This document shows, piece by piece, positions 39,301-52,326 of a stretch of DNA of 64,000 bases. Source of the DNA: Eledone cirrhosa (taxonomy: Eukaryota); contig OZ024764.1 of assembly GCA_964016885.1 (NCBI GenBank), positions 5,890,001 through 5,954,000 on the forward strand, written 5' to 3'. Made by a program: the position numbers and the translations under genes. The notes under the pieces were generated by a model. That model was not told the origin of the DNA. It was given only the letters and a program-made list of their open reading frames with translations, and ran no database searches. Numbering within the stretch: the stretch's first letter is position 1; the number at the start of each line of letters is the position of its first letter.

Positions 39301-40408
39301 TTCGGCCTGGACGTTGGTACCAACATAACTTTACATTGAAAGGGGCGGTGTGGATGGGGTGGGGGTAGTGGGACGGGGGTGTATTTTGTTAGAGGTGCCT
39401 ACTGACGGTAGTAGGTTTTACTTTGTATTTAGGTAAGGTGGGTCTTCTCTATTACTGTGTAGCGCCAAAGATCTCGGTCCAGTGACATTGTCATATATAT
39501 ATATATATATATAGTAATAATAATAAATGTGAAGACTAAAATCAAAAAAGTGCTCGATAAGGATAAATATATATCTAATATATAAGAGCAAATATTTATT
39601 AAAATAACAGATTAAAGTTTAAGCAAAGAATCGCTTTCACCCTTAACGGGATCTTCTGAAACTAAAAAACTTTTTAGTTTTTTAGTTTCTGAAGATCCCG
39701 TTAACCCTTTAGCATTTAAACCGGCTATATCCGGCCAAAATTCTCTCACCTCTTTCTGTTCAAACCAACTATAACCAGTCACTCATACTGATGTTAAAGT
39801 ATTGTTCTCTAAATAAAAATATCAAAATCTCAGATTCGATATTATGTGAGGTAAAGCCTTTACTGTGACAATACAATAGTATATATAGAGTAATGTAAAT
39901 GTTATGTGAGATATTATGTGAGGTAAAGCCTTTACTGTGTAATACAATAGTATATATAGAGTAATGTAAATGTTATGTGAGATATTATGTGAGGTAAAGC
40001 CTTTAATGTGGAAATATAATAGTATATATAGAGTAATGTAAATGTTATGTGAGATATTATGTGAGGTAAAGTCTTTACTGTGAAAATACAATAGTATATA
40101 TAGAGTAGTGTAAATGCTAAAGGGTTAAGGGTGAAAGCAGCAATTATTTGCTTAAACTTTAATCTGTTAATTTAATAAATATATATATATATAAGGGTAT
40201 TTATATACCCTTAGTTATCGCCATGAATCTTGAGTAATGACTGAAAGAATACTAGGTGTACTTACTTGAGAGGAATGGTGAGAAATTCCATAGCACTAGT
40301 GAGGACAATAATGGTTTTACCCAGAAGATGGTTGGTGGTTGTTCCAAGACCAAGGACTGGAAATTGGGGACTGAAATATACAAATATACATTATATATAT
40401 ACATATAT

Positions 40409-40442
<34 letters not shown>

Positions 40443-40497
40443 TCCATACACTGTACCATCTGTTTTGTTATTTCAATTAACCTTTTAAATACATATA

Positions 40498-40575
<78 letters not shown>

Positions 40576-40910
40576 GAGGTTATAATTAATTTGTTGGGAT
40601 ACAACAAGCTTAAAAATATTTTTATAACTGATATAAAGCACTCAACAGTTTATTGGAGTAAATATACAATATATTAACAAATGGAAACTATATTTATAAA
40701 ACCATATTTATTTTATTATACATATTTCAAGCTCCAACTGATAAGGTTGTCTTTTTTCAGGGTATGTCAATATTTATTTATAAAACTAATCTGTATTGTA
40801 TTTTATCTGATGAAAGCGCACCATAATTTGCCTTGGTGGCCCTTGAAATATGTATAATAAAATAAATATGGTTTCCATTTGTTAATATATTGTATATATA
40901 TATATATATT

Positions 40911-40943
<33 letters not shown>

Positions 40944-40948
40944 CATAT

Positions 40949-40989
<41 letters not shown>

Positions 40990-41723
40990 CATATATATAT
41001 ATATATATACACACACATACATATATATATACACATACACACATATATATATATATACACATACATATATATATATATACATACACACACACATATATAT
41101 ATATACACATACATATATATATACATACACATACATATATATACATACACATACATATATATATATATACACATACATATATATATACACATACATATAT
41201 ATATATACATACATACATATATATATACACATACATATATACACACACACACATATATATATACACATACATATATATATATATATATACATACATATAT
41301 ACACACATACATATATATACACACATACATATATATATACACACATACATAACTTATACACACATACATATATATATATACACAAATACATATATATACA
41401 GAAATACATATATATACACAAATACATATATAAATATATACATACATACACACACACATATATATATATATACACACATACATATATATATACACACATA
41501 CATATATATACACACATACATATATATATACATACATATATATATATATATACACACACACATATGATGACATATATATATATATATATACACACATACA
41601 TATATAAATACATACATACACACATACATATATACACACACACACACACATATATACACACACACACACACACATATATATACACACACACACACATATA
41701 TACACACACACACACACATATAT

Positions 41724-41801
<78 letters not shown>

Positions 41802-44800
41802 GTTATTCCGGGTTGAATCGGAGGTAACCACAGTAAGTAAGGTACTCAATACATAGCAGAGTATAAAAGTTTTAATATAGATGAGATTCTACAGGACTAG
41901 AACTGTTTCATTCATTAGAAATCATCAGTATTAAATATCATCTGATCTATTGCGAATGTAAAAGAATTCAAACAAAATGATTGATTAACAGACATGACTA
42001 AATTAAGTTCATAAATATTTACAGAATATATTATTCTTTTACTGGTTTCAGTTATTAAAATGCAGTCATACTATGTCGCTGACTTAAAGTCAATTACCAA
42101 CCTCAATACTTATTTTTTTCAAGTCTAGTACTTATTGTATCAATTTCTTTTTGCTGAACTCCTAAGTTATACGAAACTAGCAGAAAACCCACCCTAAGAG
42201 TGGTTTTCTGATAGCATGTGTAATGTGCATATTGATATATATATATATATATATAGATATATAGATAGAGCCATGCTAGTGCTAATGTAGTGTTGTTACC
42301 TGGAGTTGAGAGGTTTCGTACAGAGCAGATGTTCCACAAGACATCTTTCTGACGGAGTTATGTTAGGTAAAGGTTCTTCATCAGCTGAAATGACAGACAT
42401 AGTAGTAGTGGCGGTGGGAGTGGAAGCTGGAGTAGAGGTTGGAGTGGGAGCTGGAGGTTGGAGTGTAGAGTTGTAGAGGGAGTTGGAGTGGAAGATGGAG
42501 TTTGGCGTGTAGAGTTGTAGAGGGAGTTGGAGTAGAGGTTGGAGTGGGAGATGGAGTTTGGCAGTGGAGGTTGGAGTGTAGAGTTGTAGTAGAGGTTGGA
42601 GTGGAAGATGGAGTTTGGCGTGTAGAGTTGTAGAGGGAGTTGGAGTAGAGGTTGGAGTGGGAGATGGAGTTTGGCAGTGGAGGTTGGAGTGTAGAGTTGC
42701 AGAGGGAGTTGGAGGTGTAGTAGAGGTTGGAGTGGGAGATGGAGTTTGGCAGTGGAGGTTGGAGCGTAGAGTTGTAGTAGAGGTTGGAGTGGGAGATGGA
42801 GTTTGGCAGTGGAGGTTGGAGTGTAGAGTTGTAGAGGGAGTTGGAGTGGAAGATGGAGTTTGGCAGTGGAGGATGGAGTGTAGAGTTGCAGAGGGAGTTG
42901 GAGGTGTAGTAGAGGTTGGAGTGGGAGATGGAGTTTGGCAGTGGAGGTTGGAGTGTAGAGTTGTAGTAGAGGTTGGAGTGGGAGATGGAGTTTGGCAGTG
43001 GAGGTTGGAGTGTAGAGTTGTAGAGGGAGTTGGAGTGGAAGATGGAGTTTGGCAGTGGAGGATGGAGTGTAGAGTTGTAGAGGAAGTTGGAGGTGTAGTA
43101 GAGGTTGGAGTGGGAGATGGAGTTTGGCAGTGGAGGTTGGAGTGTAGAGTTGTAGAGGGAGTTGGAGTGGAAGATGGAGTTTGGCAGTGGAGGATGGAGT
43201 GTAGAGTTGTAGAGGGAGTTGGAGGTGTAGTAGAGGTTGGAGTGGGAGATGGAGTGTAGAGTTGTAGTAGAGGTTGGAGTGGGAGATGGAGTTTGGCAGT
43301 GGAGGTTGGAGTGTAGAGTTGTAGAGGGAGTTGGAGTGGAAGATGGAGTTTGGCAGTGGAGGTTGGAGTGTAGAGTTGTAGAGGGAGTTGGAGTGGAAGA
43401 TGGAGTTTGGCAGTGGAGGATGGAGTGTAGAGTTGTAGAGGGAGTTGGAGGTGTAGTAGAGGTTGGAGTGGGAGATGGAGTTTGGCAGTGGAGGATGGAG
43501 TGTAGAGTTGTAGAGGGAGTTGGAGTGGAAGATGGAGTTTGGCAGTGGAGGATGGAGTGTAGAGTTGTAGAGGGAGTTGGAGGTGTAGTAGAGGTTGGAG
43601 TGGGAGATGGAGTTTGGCAGTGTAGAGTTGTAGAGGGAGTTGGAGTGGAAGATGGAGTTTGGCAGTGGAGGATGGAGTGTAGAGTTGTAGAGGGAGTTGG
43701 AGGTGTAGTAGAGGTTGGAGTGGGAGATGGAGTTTGGCAGTGGAGGTTGGAGTGTAGAGTTGTAGAGGGAGTTGGAGTGGAAGATGGAGTTTGGCAGTGG
43801 AGGATGGAGTGTAGAGTTGTAGAGGGAGTTGGAGGTGTAGTAGAGGTTGGAGTGGGAGATGGAGTTTGGCAGTGTAGAGTTGTAGAGGGAGTTGGAGTGG
43901 AAGATGGAGTTTGGCAGTGGAGGATGGAGTGTAGAGTTGTAGAGGGAGTTGGAGGTGTAGTAGAGGTTGGAGTGGGAGATGGAGTTTGGCAGTGGAGGTT
44001 GGAGTGTAGAGTTGTAGAGGGAGTTGGAGTGGAAGATGGAGTTTGGCAGTGGAGGATGGAGTGTAGAGTTGTAGAGGAAGTTGGAGGTGTAGTAGAGGTT
44101 GGAGTGGGAGATGGAGTTTGGCAGTGGAGGATGGAGTGTACAGTTGTAGAGGGAGTTGGAGGTGTAGTAGAGGTTGGAGTGGAAGATGGAGTTTGGCAGT
44201 GGAGGTTGGAGTGTAGAGTTGTAGTAGAGGTTGGAGTGGAAGATGGAGTTTGGCAGTGGAGGTTGGAGTGTAGAGTTGTAGAGGGAGTTGGAGGTGTAGT
44301 AGAGGTTGGAGTGGGAGATGGAGTTTGGCAGTGGAGGTTGGAGTGTAGAGTTGTAGAGGGAGTTGGAGGTGTAGTAGAGGTTGGAGTGGGAGATGGAGTT
44401 TGGCAGTGTAGAGTTGTAGTAGAGGTTGGAGTGGGAGATGGAGTTTGGCAGTGGAGGATGGAGTGTAGAGTTGTAGAGGGAGTTGGAGGTGTAGTAGAGG
44501 TTGGAGTGGGAGATGGAGTTTGGCAGTGTAGAGTTGTAGTAGAGGTTGGAGTGGGAGATGGAGTTTGGCAGTGGAGGATGGAGTGTAGAGTTGTAGAGGG
44601 AGTTGGAGGTGTAGTAGAGGTTGGAGTGGGAGATGGAGTTTGGCAGTGTAGAGTTGTAGTAGAGGTTGGAGTGGGAGATGGAGTTTGGCAGTGTAGAGTT
44701 GTAGTAGAGGTTGGAGTGGGAGATGGAGTTTGGCAGTGTAGAGTTGTAGTAGAGGTTGGAGTGGGAGATGGAGTTTGGCAGTGGAGGTTGGAGTGTAGAG

Positions 44801-47800
44801 TTGTAGTAGAGGTTGGAGTGGAAGATGGAGTTTGGCAGTGGAGGTTGGAGTGTAGAGTTGTAGAGGGAGTTGGAGGTGTAGTAGAGGTTGGAGTGGGAGA
44901 TGGAGTTTGGCAGTGGAGGTTGGAGTGTAGAGTTGTAGAGGGAGTTGGAGGTGTAGTAGAGGTTGGAGTGGGAGATGGAGTTTGGCAGTGTAGAGTTGTA
45001 GTAGAGGTTGGAGTGGGAGATGGAGTTTGGCAGTGGAGGATGGAGTGTAGAGTTGTAGAGGGAGTTGGAGGTGTAGTAGAGGTTGGAGTGGGAGATGGAG
45101 TTTGGCAGTGTAGAGTTGTAGTAGAGGTTGGAGTGGGAGATGGAGTTTGGCAGTGGAGGTTGGAGTGTAGAGTTGTAGAGGGAGTTGGAGGTGTAGTAGA
45201 GGTTGGAGTGGGAGATGGAGTTTGGCAGTGGAGGTTGGAGTGTAGAGTTGTAGAGGGAGTTGGAGTGGAAGATGGAGTTTGGCAGTGGAGGATGGAGTGT
45301 AGAGTTGTAGAGGGAGTTGGAGGTGTAGTAGAGGTTGGAGTGGGAGATGGAGTTTGGCAGTGGAGGTTGGAGTGTAGAGTTGTAGTAGAGGTTTGAGTGG
45401 AAGATGGAGTTTGGCAGAGGAGGATGGAGTGTAGAGTTGTAGAGGGAGTTGGAGTTGTAGTAGAGGTTGGAGTGGGAGATGGAGTTTGGCAGTGGAGGTT
45501 GGAGTGTAGAGTTGTAGAGGGAGTTGGAGTTGTAGCAGAGGTTGGAGTGGGAGATGGAGTTTGGCAGTGGAGGTTGGAGTGTAGAGTTGTAGTAGAGGTT
45601 GGAGTGGGAGATGGAGTTTGGCAGTGGAGGTTGGAGTGTAGAGTTGTAGAGGGAGTTGGAGTGGAAGATGGAGTTTGGCAGTGGAGGATGGAGTGTAGAG
45701 TTGTAGAGGGAGTTGGAGGTGTAGTAGAGGTTGGAGTGGGAGATGGAGTTTGGCAGTGGAGGTTGGAGTGTAGAGTTGTAGTAGAGGTTGGAGTGGAAGA
45801 TGGAGTTTGGCAGAGGAGGATGGAGTGTAGAGTTGTAGAGGGAGTTGGAGTTGTAGTAGAGGTTGGAGTGGGAGATGGAGTTTGGCAGTGGAGGTTGGAG
45901 TGTAGAGTTGTAGAGGGAGTTGGAGTTGTAGCAGAGGTTGGAGTGGGAGATGGAGTTTGGCAGTGGAGGTTGGAGTGTAGAGGTTGGAGTGGGAGATGGA
46001 GTTTGGCAGTGGAGGTTTGGAGTGTAGTGTTGTAGAGGGAGTTGGAGTTGTAGCAGAGGTTGGAGTGGGAGATGGAGTTTGGCAGTGGAGGTTGGAGTGT
46101 AGAGTTGTAGAGGGAGTTGGAGTTGTAGTAGAGGTTGGAGTTTGAGTGGAAGTTCCAGTGTGAGTTTGGAAATTGGAGTGTCTGTTTTGAGTGGAAAATT
46201 TATTGTGGTACCAACACTACCACTTTACAGACTGTACTGGGTGTATTATATCATGACACCAACACTACCACTTTACAGAGTGTACTGGGTGTATTATATC
46301 ATGACACCAGCACTACCACTTTACAGAGTGTACTGGGTGTATTTTATCATGACACCAACACTACCACTTTACAGAGTGTACTGGGTGTATTATATCATGA
46401 CACCAACACTACCACTTTACAGAGTGTACTGGGTGTATTTTATCATGACACCAGCACTTCCACTTTACAGAGTGTACTGGGTGTATTTTATCATGACACC
46501 AACACTACCACATTACAGAGTGTACTCTATCATGACACCAACACTACCACTTTACAGAGTGTACTGGGTGTATTATATCATGACACCAACACTACCACTT
46601 TACAGAGTGTACTGGGTGTATTTTATCATGACACCAGCACTTCCACTTTACAGAGTGTACTGGGTGTATTTTATCATGACACCAACACTACCACATTACA
46701 GAGTGTACTCTATCATGACACCAACACTACCACTTTACAGAGTGTACTGGGTGTATTATATCATGACACCAACACTACCACTTTACAGAATGTACTGGGT
46801 GTATTTTATCATGACACCAACACTACCACTTTACAGAGTGTACTGGGTGTATTTTATCATGACACCAGCACTACCACTTTACAGAGTGTACTGGGGGTAT
46901 TATATCATGACACCAACACTACCACTTTACAGAGTGTACTGGGTGTATTATATCATGACACCAACACTACCACTTTACAGAGTGTACTGGGGGTATTATA
47001 TCATGACACCAACACTACCACTTTACAGAGTGTACTGGGTGTATTATATCATGACACCAACACTACCACTTTACAGAGTGTATTGGGTGTATTTTATCAT
47101 GACACCAAAACTACCACTTTACAAAGTGTATTGGGTGTATTTTATCATGACACCAACACTACCACTTTACAGAGTGTACTGGGTGTATTATATCATGACA
47201 CCAACACTACCACTTTGCAGAGTGTACTGGGTGTATTGTATCATGACACCAACACTACCACTTTACAGAGTGTACTGGGTGTATTTTATCATGACACCAA
47301 CACTACCACATTACAGAGTGTACTCTATCATGACACCAACACTACCACTTTACAGAGTGTACTGGGTGTATTATATCATGACACCAACACTACCACTTTA
47401 CAGGATGTACTGGGTGTATTTTATCATGACACCAACACTACCACTTTACAGACTGTACTGGGTGTATTTTATCATGACACCAACACTACCACTTTACAGA
47501 GTGTACTGGGTGTATTTTATCATGACACCAACACTACCACTTTACAGAGTGTACCGGGTGTATTTCATCATGGTGCCAGCAACAGAGCGGCTGTCAAAAG
47601 GTGATCTTTACCAAAACAACCCTCCCTGACCCCTCACCCAACTTACCATTGTTACAGAACTGTTCATAGTGAATAAGCCAGGGTAGAGAGACAGTGTGGA
47701 TGCCTGCTGAATGGAAACAATGGTACCGTTCCTCGCAGCTAACATCTGGAATATAGAAATAATAGAGTCTTTAGAAGTTACCAGACTATCCGCCAGCCAT

Positions 47801-48769
47801 TGGGTCATGTTCACTTAAAAATAATTTTTTAAAATAATTAAAATACACACAGACATGTATATATCATCATCATCGTCGTTTAACGTCCATCTTCCACGCT
47901 AGCATGGGTTAGACGGTGAAATGAAACTGGAAGGCCCATATATATATATATATATATATATAAAGAATTAATATATCTACCGACATATGTATACAGATGC
48001 ATACCTATGCTAGCAGATATATATGTTTTGTCTTAGTAACTTTGTGGTTCTATGCAGGGGAATGCAGAACAATTATATGAAAGACATAAATAAGAAAGTT
48101 ATGAAAATTGACTTACTTACTAAAATTTCACTCCAACTAATTAGTTTCTGTAAGGGGATAAATATAGTTACGTAATAACTTTAGAGAAGCCTTACGTCGT
48201 CAGGGAGTCTATTCTCGGCTAAGCTTCCAGGCAATGCGGGGACACTGGGAACTTATATAAAAATAATTCAGTGGATGGAAAAAAGCGAGCGGAACTAGAT
48301 TCCAAACCATTGAAAAATTCACTGCCTTCTTGGTCAAGTGGCAAATTCAAAAGAATCAATCACGTGACACTGAGGTTAACCAGCTTGAAGTGGGGGTGCT
48401 ATTAAGACAGAGCCTAGCCACTACTATCAGTCACAGTAGTAATTTCGGCAAATTTTGCTCAACAAATAATTTGGAGATAATCCAAGCTGGTTAACCTCAG
48501 TGTCACGTGATTGATTCTTTTGAATTTGCCACTTGACCAAGAAGGCAGTGAATTTTTCAATGGCTTGGAATCTAGTTCCGCTCGCTTTTTTCCATCCACT
48601 GAATTATTTTTATATAAGTTCCCAGTGTCCCCGCATTGCCTGGAAGCTTAGCCGAGAATAGACTCCCTGATGACGTAAGGCTTCTCTATAGTTATTACAT
48701 AACTATATTTATCCCCTTACATAAACTAATTAGTTGGAGTGAAATTTTCATAACTTTCTTATTTACGTC

Positions 48770-48813
<44 letters not shown>

Positions 48814-49425
48814 CACCTGTTCTATATAGTGACCAATGCATAACTTCCTCTGTTGCTTTTGTGTGCTTTAATTTTTTAATTATTTATTTATATTATTTTT
48901 CTTTTACTTTATTATTATTATTATATATTTTAACTATCTTTAAATGCTTTATTTCTGTCTGCGTGCCCTCATGTGCCTCCGTCTCTTGTGAGAAAATCTG
49001 CCTATATCCTCATATGTAGCTGTAATGTTGAATAACAACCCCAATAAGGATTCTCTCCATCCTTTCCAATCTCCCTCTTATTATCCTAAGCTTGGTAGAG
49101 CTTATACTCAACACTATATTTTTGTTTATAAATCTCTGATGATTCCTGGCTCATAGTATGGATGAAACATTGTCAGCGAATAAAAATTGTATGAGTATGT
49201 AGGCGTTCTTTGACTTCTTTTACATTTCTGAGGACGGCATGTATATGTGAAGGTATGTATATTTCTTCTGATAATTTGTAATATTTTTACATAGATCTAT
49301 ATGATATACATACCAACACACATATATACATCCCAGAAATGATTGTAAAACAATGAATTTTTTAATATAAGGAACTTGTTCTTTGTTTTTATTTCATTGT
49401 TTTTATTAATATATATATATATATA

Positions 49426-49459
<34 letters not shown>

Positions 49460-52287
49460 GGTGTCTGAGACCTATATACACTGGTCACAGTCACAACACA
49501 CACTTAGAAACTGAAACTGAACTTCTTCCATCCCCTTCTTACCCTGATAACTGTACTTTAAGAACATCCCCTTCCGCTGCTAATCCGGTCACCCAGGTAG
49601 CAGAAGCTGCCTCTTGTTTCTACAGAGCCCTCCCAGAGTGTGGTAGTGCTTGTTTCCTGTGGCTGTTTATATATATGTATATATATAGAGTTATGCATAT
49701 ATAAGCTCTGTAACCTACATAGAGCACTCTTTTTTCCTGGACCTTTCCGACGAAATTACTTCATTTATATATATATATATATATATATGTAAAAGGTAAA
49801 CAGAAATAACACCACAATTGGTACAGTATATAGCAGGAAGAGGGTCTTAACGTTTCGGACGCTAGTCCTTCATCAGAAGAAAGAATGAGAAATAAGATAG
49901 ATTGAGGGGACAGGCGGCATGGAATTGGAAAAAATGTCTTTAGATAACAGGTCCATGTTGACACACACATAAAATTTTCAGTCTTAAAAAACTTGCATCA
50001 GTGAATCAATATATATAAGATTTGTTTTGTTCTTTCTGAACCAGGAACTTTTAGCATTGAGTAACGAATGACAACAACAACAATAACATCAACAGCAACA
50101 ACCATAACAACAACAGTGATAAGAGTAACAACAACCAACATAATGAACACTTACCTTTGACCAGGTGAATAGGACAGGTAAAAATATCTTCCAGGGGTAT
50201 ATTGCTCCTTAATGACTGATTCTGTAAGGAGAGTTCCAGCTCGACACTCTCGTAGACATAGAGACAGGTTTGGTCTAGCAGGTCAGTAGAGTGAGTACTG
50301 CTACAGTCCTGCAGTTCTAGCAATACCTGTAATAATACATTGAAACAGGTTTACTCTACAGCTCAGTAGAGAAGTTACTGCTACAGTTCTGCAGCTTAAG
50401 TAATACATTTAATAACATCACATTTGAGGCAAGTGTGATCTACAGCTCAGTGGCCAGGTTTGACCTACAGCTCAGTAAACAGGTTTTATCTACAGCTCAG
50501 TGGTCAGCTTTGATTTACAGATCAGTAGAGAGGGTAATGCTACAGTCCTGTAGCTCAAGTAAGACCTGTAATAAAATAACATTCAGGCAGATTTCATCTA
50601 TAGCTCAGTAGAGAGGTTTGATCTACAGCTCAAATAGCAAGAGTACTGCTAGTCCTATAGTTCAAGCAGTATCTGTAACAATACAACATTGAAACAGGTT
50701 TTATCTACAGCTCAGTAGAGGAGGTACTGCTATAATCCTGTTGTTCAAGTAATACCTGTAATACAATATTGAGACGGGTTTAATCTGTAGCTCAGTAGAG
50801 AGGGTACTGCTACAGTCGTATAGTTCAAGTAATACCAGTAATACAATATTGAGACAGATTTAATCTGTAGCTCAGTGGCCAGGTTTGAACTACAGCTCAG
50901 TAGCGAGGGTACTGCTACAGTCGTGGAGCTCAAATAATATCTACAATATGACAACACTGAAACAGGTTTAATCTGTAGCTCAGTGGCCAGGTTTGAACTA
51001 CAGTTCAGTAGCAAGGGTACCGCTACAGTCGTGGAGTTCAAGTAATACCTACAATATGACAACACTGAGACAGGTTTAATCTGTAGCTCAGTGGCCAGGT
51101 TTGAACTACAGCTCAGTAGCGAGGGTACCGCTACAGTCGTGGAGTTCAAGTAATACCTACAATATGACAGCACTGAGACAGGTTTAATCTGTAGCTCAGT
51201 GGCCAAGTTTGTACTACACCTCAGTGGCCAGGTTTGTACTACAGCTCAGTAGCGAGGGTACCGCTACAGTCGTGGAGTTCAAGTAATACCTACAATATGA
51301 CAACACTGAGACAGGTTTAATCTGTAGCTCAGTGGCCAGGTTTGAACTACAGTTCAGTAGCAAGGGTACCACTACAGTCATGGAGTTCAAGTAATACCTA
51401 CACTATGACAGCACTGAGACAGGTTTAATCTGTAGCTCAGTGGCCAAGTTTGTACTACACCTCAGTGGCCAGGTTTGTACTACAGCTCAGTGGCCAGGTT
51501 TGTACTACAGCTCAGTGGCCAGGTTTGTACTACAGCTCAGTGGCCAGGTTTGTACTACAGCTCAGTAGCAAGGGTACCACTACAGTCGTGGAGTTCAAGT
51601 AATAACTACAATATGACAACACTGAGACAGGTTTAATCTGTAGCTCAGTGGCCAGGTTTGTACTACAGCTCAGTAGCGAGGGTACCACTACAGTCGTGGA
51701 GTTCAAGTAATATCTACAATATGACAACACTGAAACAGGTTTGATATACAGCCCTTTACATATGTATGTACATAATTCTGGTTTTTGTTTCTCAATTTGA
51801 TATATGAAAAAGATTTTTTGATATATCCTTTAAATTTGTATAAAATATGTTCTGAGTTTAATGTTCATAGAGCTTTCTGTGTTGAGTAACATAATCAATA
51901 TATATATATATATATCATTGTTTAATGTCTATCTCCCACGTTAGCATGGGTTAGATGGGCTTGTCCCATTTCGAGGTAAGTAGGGTTGGGTGACCTTGTC
52001 TCGCTCATATAGGACTGTTTCTGGCTGGTTTTCTACGGCTGGATGCCCTTCCTAACACCAACCACATTTACAGTGTGTGCTGGGTGCTTTTTTGCAGCTG
52101 CAAGTAGCAGATTCGCAATCAATTTCCGAAGGATGTCACAAAGCACTCAATGAGAGAGTAATTAATAAATTACACCCCCAGAGTAATCAACATAAGTTAG
52201 GTAATGGTGACAGCCGAGAGTTAAAAATGAACCTGGACCTGACTGATAGATATTAGATATTGATTGATAAATATCTTCGATATATAT

Positions 52288-52326
<39 letters not shown>

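Noticed and set aside
43237-47629. 719-aa and about 490-aa repetitive ORFs on the plus strand
   Set aside because: Pure minisatellite translations, antisense within a NUP88 intron, overlapping frames open, no unique coding sequence or splice support
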